NCBI GenBank assembly: GCA_964016885.1
Contig: CAXHJY010001750.1
Coordinates: forward strand, 62,001 to 126,000
Direction: 5' to 3'
DNA: 64,000 nucleotides
Origin: Eledone cirrhosa
Taxonomy: Eukaryota
This document shows, piece by piece, positions 13,964 through 29,973 of this stretch. The stretch's first letter is position 1. Every line of letters begins with the position of its first letter. The translations under genes and the position numbers were made by a program. Below the pieces are notes generated by a model, which was not told the origin of the DNA, ran no database searches, and was given only the letters and a program-made list of their open reading frames with translations.

Positions 13964-13983
13964 AATGAAATAATTGGTCCTTA

Positions 13984-14226
<243 letters not shown>

Positions 14227-15051
14227 TCAGAAGGGAGGTAGGTGTAAAAGCTAAATTTATTGTCTTTAATTTGGTATTTATGCCAACCCTCTCCCATGGT
14301 CATGAATCTTGGGTAATGACCGAAAGAATATGAAAGCAAATACAAGGAGCCGAAATGGGGCTCTTCTGAAGGGTCTTTAGATAAACGTTACTTGATAGAG
14401 TGCGTAGCTCAGAATTGAAGAAGTTGCTCCAGGAAGAGCTGCTTTTTCTCTGAATTGAGAGATCATAGATCTGCTGGCAGGAGACCCAGGGGTGGACGCC
14501 AAGTAAGGTGGTTGAATAGTATCCATGTGCTCAGCTGGTCTTGCTCAGAGATCCAGCCAGATTAATTAGAGGCAGTTGCTACTGGCAGGACCCTCTGGAA
14601 GGTGTGCTTCAGGATTCTGCCCTCATGCCCTTCTCAGGAATAAGGGGGCAAAAAGAAGATAATTTTTATTATACTTCAGTAACATAATTAAAGAGCCAGG
14701 CAGAAACCAAAAACAAAAGAGAAAATTGAGAAGAGGGTAAACTTCAGAATGAAGTGTATGCTATAGGTTTCTTGAATGTTTTAATGATAGGGGCCACAAT
14801 CCTATCATGAAAAAGAGCATAAAATGAAGCATCTCACACAAGAATAGGACATGATGATCAGTCCAAAAGCCTAACCACTAGGCTACATGCCTTCAGCAAG
14901 TGTTCCTTTTCAAATTAATTGTCTACATCTGGATGCCCTTCCTGGCATCAACCCCTTTTAGTCACCTCTTACAACAGGCAGGAATATGCTATAGCAACTC
15001 TAAACAAGACACACTGACAATTTAAACTGGGTTATACACAAAATACACTTA

Positions 15052-15261
<210 letters not shown>

Positions 15262-16422
15262 TTATATATATATATACACACACATTATATCTACATTATT
15301 ATATATATATATATATATACACACACATTATATTTACATCATTATATATATATATACACACACACACAGAGTATGCACCACCCTACCCCATCCATGCCCA
15401 TACATCCTCCATGAGGACAGGCTGAAGTATACATCCAGTGAAGCCTCCAGCCCACACTGTAAAGTGGTCATGTAGGTGTGTCGCAACAAAAAAAGCGCCC
15501 AGCCTACACTGTAAAGTGGTCGTGTAGGTGTCATGACAAAAAGCACCTAGTCCACACTGTAAATGAGGATGGCGTTAGGAAGGTCATCCAGCTGTAGAAA
15601 CCAAGCCACAATCCGTTCTCTGTATGAGCAAGACATGGTCACCTGACCTGGCATTGCTCACAACAGGATAACTCGTCTAACCCATGCTAGCTTTTAAAAA
15701 TAGACGTTAAATGGTGACGATGATGATGATGATGAAATCATCTTTGTTTTGTTTGTTTTTTCCATGCTTGCACACCACCATTTGTTGGATTCCTTCATCA
15801 TCTCTTCCGTGAGCTTCAGCAATACAAGATCAGCATTCATTATCTCAGGCTGGTGGATTGGCAGTATCGGTAGAGGGTCGGACGCCATACTTTGACGCAT
15901 AGAGTTACGGCCCTTGCCATTCTGAGTTCAAATCCCGCCAAGGTTAACTTTGCCTTTCATCCTTACGGGGTCGATAAAATAAAGTACCAGTAATGCACTG
16001 AGTTTGTGCTTAACGTAGAAACAATTATCTCTGGCCTGGGTCTTCCTCTACTGCAGCTTTCTGGGGCAGTAGAGATGATATAATATAATATACATCTTTG
16101 GTACATATAATGATATATATATATATTATATATAAATATAATGATATATATATATATATATATATTATATATAAATATAGTAAAATAAAAAATATATTTA
16201 TTTATGCATAGTATATATATTATATTTTTTACAATTTGCGTGTAGGCAGGTCTCTGGAAATAGGGGGAGGGGGCTGGGGGTACTGTGTGACTGTGAGAGG
16301 GGCCGGTGGCCCAAAACGTTTGAGAACCTCTGCCTTAACCACTAAGCCACAAGCCTTCCCAAGTCTAAAACTCTGTCATGACACACCCCCCCCCCCCCCC
16401 CAAAAAAAAAGCTGTTACTTAC

Positions 16423-16520
16423 GGATGTGGTTTTAGTTGTATGTAGTTATATGGAACGTAACCCTCTGAGCCATATTGTTCAGCTTTATACCACATTTTT
16501 TCTTCATCCATACTCAATAT
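16423..16520 (-). CDS. GRB2: GRB2/drk-like adaptor, coding exon (second half of N-terminal SH3)
   Basis: Translates ILSMDEEKMWYKAEQYGSEGYVPYNYIQLKPHP, cf. GRB2 [33 protein letters not shown]. AG acceptor at 16521-16522, GTAAGT donor at 16417-16422. 98 nt, same length and phases as the human GRB2 exon. Symbol indicates family; may be a paralogue. Confidence 0.93.
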
Positions 16521-16780
16521 CTGAAATTATATTGGAAAAATATATTTAAAAACAAGACAAAAAGCAGTCTATACATGTTTGTGTGTGTGTGAATATCAGC
16601 ATCATTTTTATCATTTTATACCTGGTGGTCTATTCTAGTATAGGCCTAACAAGCTGTTTAACCAATGCCAGGATGGAAAAGCATACATAAAATGATGATG
16701 GTAATTATATATATATTTATATATTTCATATAGAAATGACTCCTCTGGGACTAGAACTGTTTTATTTGTTTGATTATGAA

Positions 16781-16812
<32 letters not shown>

Positions 16813-17489
16813 TGGAACCACAACATCCAGTCCAAACTAATGAGATTGTGTAGGTGTCACGACAAAAAAAAACACATAGTCCACACGCTGTAATGTGGTC
16901 GTGTAGTTAACACGGTTAAAAGTTCCCAGTCCACACTGTAAATGTGGTTGGTGTTAGGAAGGGCATCCAGCCGTAGAAAACCTGCCAGATAGTCCTATAT
17001 GAACGAGACACGGTCAACTCTCATCTAACCCATGCTAGCGTGGAAGATAGATGTTAAATGATGATGATAATGATACACACATAATTTATATATATAAAGG
17101 TTTCAACTTCAAGAATCTGAGAGAATTGTCCATAAAACAAGGAAATGACAAAAGATGTCTTGCGGTGTCCATCAAATCTGTGAATGTCAACTAAGATCCA
17201 TTAATGAATAATCTGTCTGTCTCTCTCTCTGTGAAAGGGAACAACAGGGGCTTATGATGGTGTGAGAAGGAGTAACAGGGACCCGTGGTGGGGTCTGTTG
17301 AGACAGATGAATGACAATAAGATATGATGGTGGTGTGTATAGAGACAGATAAATGAGAGGGATGAGGTGGCAGTGTGTGAATGAGGAATAGAGATAGATC
17401 TTTAAAGACAAATAACTAGCAGAGGGGTGAGGTGGTGGTGTAAGAGGGGGAGAATAGAGTGGGGGTTTGTTGAGACAGACAAATGACAG

Positions 17490-17590
17490 AGGGGTGAGGT
17501 GATGGTGTGGAAGGGAGGAGTAGGGTGAGGTGATGGTGTGGAAGGGAGGAGTAGGGTGAGGTGATGGTGTGGAAGGGAGGAGTAGGGTGG
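17490..17590. repeat. 31-bp G-rich tandem repeat x3
   Basis: gagtagggtgaggtgatggtgtggaagggag repeated. Confidence 0.85.
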
Positions 17591-18115
17591 CGTCTGCTGA
17601 GACAAATGGATGAGAGGTGAGATAGTGACATAGCTGCCTTTCTTTAAAGGACAAGAGCAAAGTTGTTAATAGACCACATATTGTGTGTAGTGGTGGTGTG
17701 GTGTGGTGTGTGTGGAATTAGTGTGTGTGGAAATACAGAGAATAGCAAGAAAGAATTACACAGAGAAAACAGGGAAAGAGAGGGGAGAAAAAACTCAATA
17801 TTTATATGCAAGAAGAAACAAAGGTGGATATGTGTGGGTGTGTGCAGTGAAATGGCATAATCTCGTGGGGGTATGCATTTCCCCTCTCTGAATTCAAATC
17901 CCATCAAGGTCAACTTATCCTTTCATCTTTTCAAGGGAGATAAAAAAGAAGTTCTAACCCAGTATTGAAGTTGATTCTTCCTCTATCTCTCTCCTTCTCT
18001 AGAAGGAATCAGTTGTGTTCAGAGCTGATGAAGGGATAGGCTCCAGCAGGTTTAAAATGTTCAACTATTTCATGACAGCAACCATACGACTTGATCTGGA
18101 GTTTCAGATTCAAAC

Positions 18116-18172
<57 letters not shown>

Positions 18173-20439
18173 TGTGAAGATTCATGGTATAGAGAACGGG
18201 AAGACCACAGGTCAGGGTAGAGCTCAATGCACATTTAGGTATAGTAATTCAGAAAATCCCAGCTTGTAGGCCATCCGAAACAGAGTGGGCTCTCCATTAG
18301 GAATTTACTAATTACTATATTTGTGTGTGAATATATATATATATCGACAGTCGATTGACTTTCGTCAAATCGGACTGAGGAAACAATGTTTCCATTAGTC
18401 TTTCTAATTGCTAATAGTATCTAACGGTCACAACTCCAGGTAAAAGGAGCAACGTGAAATATAATGTCTTGCCCAAAAACATAACGCATCACCTGGTCTG
18501 GGAATCAAACTCACAATCTCACGATTGTGAATTCAACTCAGCCACACACCTTCACATATCTATATATATATATATATAAGGGTAAAAACCCTCTTTAGCC
18601 AGGAATGACTATGAGATTTTCACCGAGAAAGTTCCCCGCCAAAGTACACAAGTCCAGTCAAGGTTGCTTGTGGAAGACCAACATGGTGGCTACGAAGATT
18701 CAACAACAGAAACAGAAATGTTTAGCTGCTTTACAGCGTCCCTTGTTTTCCATTTTTTCTTTATGCTTCTTTTGCCTTCCCCATTTTTATCCCTCTTGTT
18801 TTTGTTTCTTAACTGTAAGTGGTACTAGATACCTCTCCTAGTCTGTCATGGCTTACTAGCTCTATACAGATGCTTAAATTGATTAAATATATATATATAT
18901 TCACACAGATGAGAACACCTAAGTTGATAATTCCATACCATTTACAGTTCTATATTTATTCTGGTGAGAAATTATCTCCATATAGGAAGATAATTTCACT
19001 TCCAGAAATATATTTCTCTCAGGTCAGTCTAGCAGTAGTATTGTGGTGGTAGTGGTGGTAGTAGTAGTAGTAGTAGTAGTACATCCCGTAATCCTGGTAT
19101 ATATAGCATACCAATGCTGGGCTCCAAAACTTTAATATGTTCCAACATTATTGCCATCATTATTGATGGCATAGGCCCACAAATAATAATAATAATAATA
19201 ATAATGTAGTTGTGGATTTGTGCCAAAATTAGATACCCTCATTATTATTATTGATTTTTTTTTTTAATGGGGCATTAGGTGAGCAGAATCTCTTGAGCAT
19301 AGAACCATAAGCCATGTGGTGTTTGTACTGGCTCTACATTTTCTAATCAAATCCCACTGAAGCTGACTTTACCTTTGATCCTTCTGGATTCACATTACTC
19401 TATATTAACCCATTACCATTTAAAGTGGCCATATCTGGCCAGAATTCTCTCACCTCTTTCTCTTCCAACCGGCTGTAACCATCTGCTCATACTGATGTTA
19501 AGGTATCGTTCTCAAAAAAATAACATCAAAATCTCATAGATTCAATATTATGTGAGGTCTTTATTGTGAAAATATAATAGAGTAATGTAATTGTTAAAGG
19601 GTTAGAGGGTTCTTATTTAACTCTTTTGATACAGCACCAACTAAAAACAGCTCAGGTTCTATGAAACAAAACCACCCATATAATTTTATATTAAGTTATC
19701 TTAGTAATGAAATAATTAATTTTAGAGAGAAAGTGAGAGACAGGAAAGAGCAAGAGAGATATACTAAAAAGAGGAAATACAGAAAAAAAGAATGAAAAAA
19801 GGGAAGAAAGAGGTGAAATGTAGAAAAAAGTGCAAGCAAGATTATTTGGTTAATATGAAATTATAGAGAAAGTGTTCCCCAGAGTGGTAGTAGTGGTGGT
19901 GCTGCTGATGATAGTTGTGAAGATGGTGATGATGTAGATGGCAATGATGATGATGACAATAGTGGTGATGATGAATATGATGATGGTGGTGGTGGTGGTG
20001 ATGGTGAAGAAGAAAATAATAATGAAGACAATGATGATGATGATAAGTTATCAAAGCTCGGATTAATGCAAGCTGGCATCACTTTACAGCTTTGCAGGAG
20101 TTTTGAGGCAACATATGGATCTGCTTAGAGCAGCAGGCTCAAATACAACATGTTTGTAGTAGTAGTAGTAGTAGTAGTAGTAAGCTGGATATCAGATGTC
20201 AAAATTTGTGGGTGGGAGAGGGTGATGATGTGCAGTAGCATACAGTGCACAACACTGTATGCTACTGTAGCAGTGGAGGTGGTGGTGATGGTGGGGTACA
20301 GAAAACGCATCAAGTAAGGAAACCAGGAAAACAACAGACCAAGAAAACAGTTCTTAATTTACCTCAAACAAACATTAACCCTTTCGTGATATTTCTAATG
20401 AACAACACCACCTATGGCTTACAAATCCTAGAGTCAAAG

Positions 20440-20625
20440 AATTGCGGGACAGGTTTTATGGCCAATACCATCCGACAGGAGACCCCGAGGTAGACCATGA
20501 GCAAGATGGTTGGATAACATCCATGAATGCAGTTGGTCTTGCTTGGGGATCCATCAGGATCATTTGGAGATGGTTGCTTCAGATAAGACTCTCTGGAGAG
20601 CATGTCTGTGAACTCTTGTTCCCAC
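20440..20625 (+). mobile_element. RTE-like LINE 3' fragment (related copy at about 14350-14640)
   Basis: One frame reads RRPRGRP*ARWLDNIH..ASDKTLWR. Confidence 0.6.
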
Positions 20626-21721
20626 ATCTTTCTCAGGATTACCTCTTTAGCATTTAAACCAGCCGTATCCGACCAGAATTCTCTCACCTCCTTCTGTTCA
20701 AACCGGCTGTAACCAGCCACTTATATTTAAGTTAAGGTATTGTTCTTAAAATATAATATCATCATCAAAATCTATAGATTCCATATCATGTGAGATAAAG
20801 CCATTACCATAAAAATATAATAGTAGAATAATGTAAATGCTAAAGGGTTAAAAGTAAGTGAAGATAAAGAGTAGCATATTGACTGTGTTAAATCAGGTTT
20901 AGGATTGTATCCCAAGATGGTGAATCATCAGAGTTGTAAGGACATTGGATTAACCCTTTAGCATTTAAACCCACTGTATCCGGCCAGAATTTTCTCACCT
21001 CTTTCAGTTCAAACCAGCCATAACCAGCTGCTCATGCTTATGTTAAGGTATTGTTCTCAAAATAAATAATATCAAAATCTCAGATTTGATATTATGTGAG
21101 ATAAAGTGTTTACTGTGAAAATACAATAGGAAATATATAGAGTAACGTGAATGCTAAAGAGTTAAATATGCCTCGGGTTTTGTTCTTGCCCACTGTGCTC
21201 TGAGTTCAAATCCTGCCGATGTCAACTTTGCCTTGGAGACAATTTTTCCACTGTCTTCTTCTCTGGAAAAAATCAGCTGCTTTCCAACCTGGAGAAGGAT
21301 GGATTCTACCAGGTTTAAAATGCTCAGTCATGCTGGATGTAGGGACAGCATCCTTTATGACTCTAAGAAGAGTTATGGGTCCTTTACCTACCTACATACC
21401 CTACACTAATCTCTGTATGCCGTAAGAAGTACCTATAAAGGGGTGGTGTCATGAAAGGCATCCACCAGTAAAACATTTCCCCAGAATGTCATGTTCAACC
21501 CATGCCAGTATGGAAAAGTCAATGTAAAATCAACAATGATGATGATAATGATGATACCGCCTAACAACCATTTCACTTCGTGCATCACCATGGCAACATA
21601 TAACAACATGTTTAGACTGAATGCCTTGCTTAAACATTGTTTGTGTTCAGGTAGATAAGAGAGAAGCTATTTTAAAATTTTCCATCAAATTAAAATTGTG
21701 TGTGTGTATGTGAGCAAATGT

Positions 21722-21759
<38 letters not shown>

Positions 21760-22043
21760 CAAATGTGGTGTGTGTGTGTGTGTATATGTACAAGTGTGTG
21801 TGAGCTGTGTTGCCGTAACTAACACGTACTGATACCACCCATACATCTTACACATCAAGATCAAGATACCCTGCTCTATACACGCATACACCCGTATACA
21901 CATCTAGATACCTGCTATATACGACCAACACTTCAAGATAACCCCCTTCTACACCCACATACCCCCATAAAGATAAAATGTTATCAGCTGATAGCAGAAA
22001 TTACTCAATTACAGGAAGCTCCCCCACCTTATATGTGTATGTG

Positions 22044-22075
<32 letters not shown>

Positions 22076-23169
22076 ATGAATATATAACCATACAGAAAAA
22101 TACACCTTATATGTGTATATATGTATGTGTATATATATATATTATATATATATATAATGAATATATAACCATACAGAAAAATTAGCATGCATATATATAC
22201 ACACATATTTTCATTGACTATATACTTCAAAACCTTTCTATACCCACACACCTGTAAAGAATTCCTTTCTAATTCTCTCTACCTTCAGCCAGGTGGATAT
22301 TTTTTTGTTGTTGATAGGAAGAGAGATGGTGGAGGTAGTGGTTGTAGTGTTCTGGGTAGATGTATTAGTGGTAGGTGGTGGTTGATATAGTGGTAAGTGA
22401 TGGCTGTAGTGTTGTGGGTTAGGGTTAGGTGGTAGTGTTGTAGTGTTGTGGAGAAGCAGGTAGAAGCGCAATCAACATACAAAAGGTAAACTCTTCTCTA
22501 ACAACAACATCTCATTCAAACAGAACCAAAATCTTCTTCCAACTCAAAACCACCATTTTTCATTCATCTGAAATACTAATATACAACTGTTGCTGCTGTT
22601 GTTACAGTTTGCATTTTGCAAGTTTAACTGGCCTCTTATGAGGCTAGATTTCAAGGGAAGTTTATTGGGTGTTTTTTAATGATAGAGGAGCCCCCAGTCT
22701 TAACATGTCACTGTTATTTCTTGTGACAGGAGGCAGGATTTGAACTCAGAGTGGTGTGTGTGTGAGAGAGAGAAAGAAATGGATAGAGATGGGAGGGAGA
22801 GATAGATGGGCAGAGGGGAAGGGAAAGAGAGGGGGTGAATAGAAAGAGGGAGAGAAAGAAGGAGATGGTAAGAAAGAAACCTTATAGTTAATGAAAAACA
22901 AATGAATAAAAGTGAATCAGTGAACCAGAGTGATGTTATAGTAAGCTGATATATTTGGTGATTGATTGACAGGAACGAGGAGCAGGAGATGGGGAAGAAA
23001 AGGATGTGAGAGGAAGGATAGAGCAGATTTAGAGGAATGCACAGCATGCAGCTGGTGTTACTGTGCAGCAATATAGCAAGATGAAACCTTACACTGCATC
23101 ACTCTGATACCATGCCCAGTAGCAAGGAAAAAAACAACAACAAAACACTTGATGAACTCTTAACATCCG

Positions 23170-24210
23170 GTAGTATTGGTATTTTTTTTAACTGTTTGGT
23201 TAATGTGGTCTCATGTGGTTTGTTAATTCAAGTACTTGTAGTATATTTACTAATGGACAGTTTGTTGTGGAAATTTGCAGTAAACTAAAGTAACAATTTT
23301 AACCCTTTAGCATTTAAACCGGCTGTATCCGGCCAGAATTCCCTCACCTTTTTCTGTTCAAACAGGTTGTAACCAGCTGCTCATGCTTATGTGAAGGTAC
23401 TGTCCTCAAAATAAATAATATCAAAATCTCATAGATTCAATATCATATGAGATAAAGCCTTTACTGTGAAAATATAATAGTAAATATAGAGTATTGTAAA
23501 TGCTAAAGGGTCAAACTGTTTGACTAATGTGATCTCTGGTTTGTTAATTCAAGTACTTATAGTATATTTACTAATGGACAGTCTGTTGTGGAAATTTGCA
23601 GTAAACTTAAGTAACAATTTAAAATTTTAATGTGATGCAGTTATAACGTCTTCTAATTTTCAAGAATGTCTTACTAATGTGGTTTTATGTGCTTTGTTAA
23701 TTTAAACCAGCCATATCCGGTTAGAATTCTCTCACCTCTTTCTGTTCAAACTAGCTGTAACCGGCCACTCATACCAACGTTAAGATATTGTTCTCAAAAT
23801 AAATAATATCAAAATCTCATAAATTTGATATGTGAGATAATTATGTGAGGTAAAGCCTTTACTATGAAAATATAATAGTAAATATATAACGGTTTAATTA
23901 AAATGTTTATAGTATCTTAACTGGTGGACAGACAGATCATTTTGAAAATGGTCGGCATTAGAGTAAAGACTAATTTTTAATGTGATTCAGTCATAGTGCT
24001 GGTTTGTATTTTTTTAGACTGTTTCGTTAATGTGGCCTCGTGTAGTTTTTAAATTTTTTACTACTGAACAGATTTGCAATGGAAATTTGCAGCAAACTAA
24101 AGCAATGACTTTCATTTTTAATGTGACTCAACCATAGTGCTGTTTTGTATTTTTCAAGAATGTCTTGCTAATGTGATCTATTGTGGTTTATTCATTCAAA
24201 TTTTTACAGT
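23170..24210. repeat. Degenerate about 120-bp tandem repeat family (also 37310-37760, 63100-63200)
   Basis: Recurrent ttaattcaa.tgtttatagtat.tttact..tggacag.ttgttgtggaaatttgcagtaaactaaag..ttttaatgtgatgcagt, interrupted by piggyBac MITEs. Confidence 0.7.
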
Positions 24211-25867
24211 AACTTTTCATCCAAACATAACAACCTATAACTAAACACAGTTCTGACACTCTAAACAATATTAATTTTTTTCTGTGAGCTTCAGCAATCA
24301 AAGGTCAGCATTCACATGGGCATGGGTGGTGAGAGCTGACCTCAGCTCGCTGAAGATCACAGAGGACCCATCCCACCCTTGCAAGCAAGGAGAAGCAAAC
24401 CTATGATGATGATGATATAGGTACAAGGCAGGACATTTCAAATAAAGGGTATAATTGATTAAATTACCCCCAGGACTGAACTGGTTCTGATTTTATCAAC
24501 ACCCAGAAGGATTAACCCTTTCTAATGGAAGACACTGCCTAAAATTTTCAGTTAATTATGTTAATAATCAAGAATTTGGACAGATTTAGTAGTATAACAA
24601 ACTTTTTCATTATAAATTTGATATTTGGAACATAACTTAAAGGTTCTTACATAGAATTATGATGGAATGTTTTTAGGTAAATATAAACAATTTCAAAACA
24701 GTTTTGGAACATTGGACCAGTTTCAGGCAGTTTGTTATCAAAAGGATTAAAGGCAAAGTTGATCTCAGCAGGATTTGAGGTCAACATGTATAGGGACATA
24801 AATAAATAACCACAAGGCAATTTTGTCGGACGCTCTACCAATTCTGTCAATCTACCGGAAAGCAGGCTGACAGTTTCCTTAAAGTATATATTTAAAAATG
24901 GATGAATAACAAGTTCCATAACACATTCCAGTCATATTACAGAACACGCACACTGGATAGACAACATGCTGGTGCTACATTATATATATATATGAACACA
25001 AACTAGATGTTGTCACTCTGCTGTTGCTACATATACACATATATATTTATATCTTTCTCTCAAATATATACAAATAATATGTGTGTGTGCGTGCATGCAT
25101 GCTAGCATATATAAGCACACACATGCACTTATATATATATATATATATATACTTTGTTTTCTGAAGGAAAAGGTGGCAATGTCTTGTGCAATGACTTTGA
25201 GGTTTCAGCACAAGCTTCTTTACATATAAAGTAAAAGGGGTATTCCTAAAATAAAGTTAATGATTCATAGTTAACAATATATACTGTATATATATAATGT
25301 ATATAATAAACTATTAGAAATATTATATACTGTATATACTTTTTCTTCTTTGGCTCCTTTAGTTCTATAGAGCAGCGGTCCCCAACCACCAGGCCACAGA
25401 CCGGTACCAGTCTGTGGATTATTTGCAGCCACACCAAAAAAAAAATAATCCTTAATTATGGCTCCAAGACAACATCCAAGGAAGACACTCACACACAACA
25501 TATATATATATATACATACATACACACAAACCCCCCACAATCACACACATATATTCACACAAACCCCCCCCAATCACATACATATATTCACACAGCGATC
25601 CTATGTTCAGAAACCCCACAATCACAGACACATAGTCACAAATTAGCAAAATTAGTAAGAGGAAAGTTGTGTATCAGCAGAAGACAAATAAAAAAGGCAA
25701 TGATTCAGAACCCGAAAGAAAACAGTGCTCATGTTACAGTCACAGACACATATATGTGTATATATCAATATATATATATATATATACTCACACACACATA
25801 CATACGTACATACATACTTATGTACATATAAACAAATACCCAACCACAAACACACACATAGCCACAT

Positions 25868-25903
<36 letters not shown>

Positions 25904-27134
25904 GTGTATATATGTATACACACACACTGTAAGAAATGTGTAGAATATTCCAGCAGCAGTTCTTTACATGTGAAGCGATGTATAATAATAATAACTACTA
26001 CAATGGAAAGAAAGAATACCAGGAATGCTGTCCCAGCAACATTTTACTCTATCACAGTATAAAATGATGTGTTGTTGTTACTACCCTAACTTTGGCAATA
26101 AGAACACACAATTATACATCATCATCATCAACGTTTAACGTCCGTGTTCCACGCTTGCATGGGTTTGGACGGGGGTAGTCCCACTTGAGGCAAGAGTGAT
26201 TGTCTTGCTCGCATAGGACTGTCTGGCAGGTTTTCTACAGTTGGATGCCCTTCCTAACACCAACCACATTTACAGTGTGGGTCTGGGGGGTTTTTACCGT
26301 GTTGCCTACACGGCCACATTACAGCGTGGACTGTGTGTTTTTTTGTCGTGACACCTACACGATCTCATTTGTTTCGGCCTGATATATATTTATGACAATA
26401 TGTACATTCCTGAGGATATGTAGACCGACAGGCAATTGCCTCGTGTATGTAGTGGTATGGCTCACCGTTAAATGTTGAAACGTATGTAGGATTAAAATAA
26501 TGTTTTAAGTAAACTTGGTTATATCTCCCTCTATTTATTAAATTATATATATAAATATATATACACACACATGCAAGACACAATCACCAGACCTCAAATG
26601 GGACTAACCCATGCCAGTGTGGAAGATAGGCGTTAAATGATGATGATGATATATACACACATATATATAATACACACACATACACATATATAATTTTATT
26701 TTGTTTAGAAGTGACTTTTACAGGAGTAAATCTGTTTTATTTGGTGCTAAGATTTCCAGCACCACTGGAGTGATACCTTATTTATTAACCCCGAAAGGAT
26801 CAAAAGGAAAGACAAACTCAACAGTGCTTGAACTCAAAGCATGAAGAATCAGAGCAATTACTACAATATAACCATTTTAAAAAAAAAAAAAGAAGAAAAT
26901 TATCCTTTTCTTTCTTGGAGAAAGAAGGATGGAAAGAAAGTGAAATGGAGAACTCAGTGAAATAATTAGACAAGCAAATTGAAATTTAACGTTAATCAAC
27001 AATAATTAATGGCAGGCATGCAACAATGATTTTTCCACTGTGTGAATATCTTAATGCAACACTTGCTCTGTCTACTATATATCATTGTTGTTGTTCTTTT
27101 TATTATTATTGTTATTATTATTATTAGTATTATT

Positions 27135-28110
27135 CAGGGCGGTGAATTGGCAGTATCAGTAGAGCGTCAGACATGCTTCGCGGCAGAGAGTTACGGCCCT
27201 TTGCGTTCTAAGTTCAAATCCCGCCAATGTTAGAATTGCCTTTCATCCTTACGGGGTCAATAAAATAAAGCATCAGTAATGTACTGGGGTCGATTTAATT
27301 GACTTCCCTCCCCTTCAAATTGCTGGCCATGTGCCTAAAGTAGAAAAAAATAATTCTTATTATTATTATCGGTAGCGGGTCGGACTCCATGCTTTGACGC
27401 ATAGGGTTACGGCCCTTGCCATTCTGAGTTCAAATCCCGCTGAGGTTAACTTTGCCTTTCATCCTTACGGAGTCGATAAAATAAAAGATCAGTACTGCAC
27501 TGGGGTCGATTTAATCGACACCCCCCCCCCCCCGCGACCCCAAAAAGTTGGGTCTTGTGCCTATAGCAGAAAGCATTATTATCATCATCAGTACAGCTTT
27601 TTATGTTGAGTTCAAATCTTGTCTCTCATCCTTCCACAATCGATAAAATAAAGCACCAGTAATACACTGTGGTCGATCCCCTTCAAATTGTTGGCTTTAT
27701 GCCAAAAGTAGAAACAATTATTATTATTATTATTATCATCAGTAGAGGCAGTGGATTGGCAGTATCGGTAGAGAGTCGGGCGCCACTTTACGATCTGAGT
27801 TCAAACCCCGTCGAGGTTAACTTTGCCTTTCATCCTTACGGGGTCGATAAAATAAAGTACCAGTAATGTACTGGGTAATTGCTGGCCTTGTGCCAAAAGT
27901 AGAAACAATTATCATCAGAAGAACTTCACACTAAATGCTTTGCAGTTTTAGTAACAACTTTCTACACTGAGTTCAAATCTTGTAAAGGCCAGCTTTGTCT
28001 CTCATCCTTCCAGAATCGATAAAATAAAGAACCAGTTAAGCACTGGGGTTGATATAATCGATTTCCCTTAACCATAAATTTCTGGCCTAGTACTTAAATT
28101 AGAAATTATT
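27135..28110 (+). mobile_element. Head-to-tail array of about 5 copies of the same SINE
   Basis: Same consensus, plus strand, separated by (ATT)n tails. Confidence 0.85.
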
Positions 28111-28985
28111 AACTGGAACCACTGTCTACCTAAACAAGCCAGAATCCACATCTCACATACATATGTTCTGCTTTTGATATGGTTTCTACAGCTAGATGCC
28201 CTTCCTATCACAAACCAATGTACTTCACTGCACCTTCCTCTATCTATATATCTCCAGTGTTAAATAAGTCACTGTACTTCAGTGCAACCCTTTTTTTATA
28301 TATTTCCATGTTGAATATATCAATGTCCTTCATTGATCCCTTCCCATGATGGTTGGATATCATCAAGGAAGAACTCCAAGAGACTCTACATCAACTTGGA
28401 GGATGCAGAGGAGTTGGCAGGGGACTGTCAGTGATGCAGGGCGCTGGTGGACCTGATCAGCTCTACACACGCTACAATGCTTTGGGATTGCTCACTTAGG
28501 ACGACACCAGCCTTGTTGAGCAACTGCAAGTAGAAGAATGCTAAATGTATCACTGTATTTCACTGTCCCCAGTACACATACATATTTATTTAAGCACATC
28601 TACATATCTCCAGTATTAACCCTTTAGCATTCACATTACTTTATATATACTATTGTATTTTCATGGTAAAGGCTTTATCTCGCATAATTATCTCACATAA
28701 TATCGAATCTGAGATTTTGGAAGTATTTATTTTGAGAACAATACCTTAACATCAGTTTGAGTGACCAGTTACAGCCAGTTTCAACAGAAAAAGGTAGAGA
28801 ATTCTGGCCGGTTTGAACATTAAAGGGTTAAGGTGGTGAATTGGTGAAATCATTAGAGCGGCAGATTAACCTTTCATTATCATATTTCTAATGAAAGACA
28901 CTTTCCTATGATTTTTCAAATCATTTTGAAAATAATCGAAAATGGGGAGTTAGAAATATAATTTTCTCATTATAAGGTTGGTGTT

Positions 28986-29201
28986 TAACCCTTTAGCATT
29001 TACATTACTCTATATTTACTATTATATTTTTATGGTAAAGGCTTTATCTTACATAATATCGAATCTATGAGATTTTGTTGTTATTTATTTTGAGTACAAT
29101 ACGTTAACATCAGTATAAATATGCTAGTTACGGCCGGTTTAAACAGAAAGAGGTGAGAGAATTCTGGCTAGATACAGCCGGTTTAAATGCTAAAGGGTTA
29201 A
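28986..29201. mobile_element. piggyBac-type MITE, about 210 bp (at least 12 copies: 19405, 20640, 20950, 23299, 28616, 32091, 35398, 60239, 60566, 62165, 63440, 63910)
   Basis: TTAA-CCCTTTAGCATT...AATGCTAAAGGG-TTAA terminal inverted repeats with TTAA TSD. Confidence 0.85.
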
Positions 29202-29973
29202 GGTGGTAGAGTGGTAGAATCAGTTGAGTGTCAGAGAAAATGCTTTGTGCTATTTAGTTACAAGTTTCTACATTCTAACTTCAAATCCTTCTGCTTTGAT
29301 AAAATAAAGTACCAGCTAAATACTGGGATCAATATAAGTGACTACCCCTTCACCAAAATTGTTGGCATTGTGTTAATGTTAGAAAGAATTATCAAGTTAG
29401 GGTTTCGAATATAACAAAACTCTTTTGTTATCATATTTCTAATGAAAGATACTGCCTTTCATTTTCAAATAATTTTGAAAATAATGAAGAATTTGAAGGG
29501 ATTTAGAATTCATGTTTGGAACAAAAGTTATCCGTTTCATTACTATATTTCTAGTGAAAGACTCTGCCCATGATTTTCAGATAATTTGAAAATAATTGAA
29601 AATTTGGAATGATTTTGAAACATGACTTATTCATTATTTAGCTGGCTGGCGTTTGGATCATAACTTAACTCACCACCACAAACATCACCATCACCACCCC
29701 AAATACCATCACTATCACCCCCCCCCCCCCCACAACCACCCCAAATACCAGTACCATCACCACCACAAATACCATCATCACCACTCCAAATACCAGTACT
29801 ATCATCATCACTACCACCAACCCAAATACCACTACCACCGCCACTATATTTTATATTACTGGTGAAGAATATTGTTGATAAGAACCGAAATGCAAAGAAT
29901 AAACATAAATAAATATTGTATTCCTTGTTGTTCCTCAGTAGGCCATGTGCAAAATGAAAGACCATTCATTTGT

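Noticed and set aside
18024-18060. CTGATGA core (also at about 1828 minus and 6297)
   Set aside because: No stem II plus GAAA arrangement.
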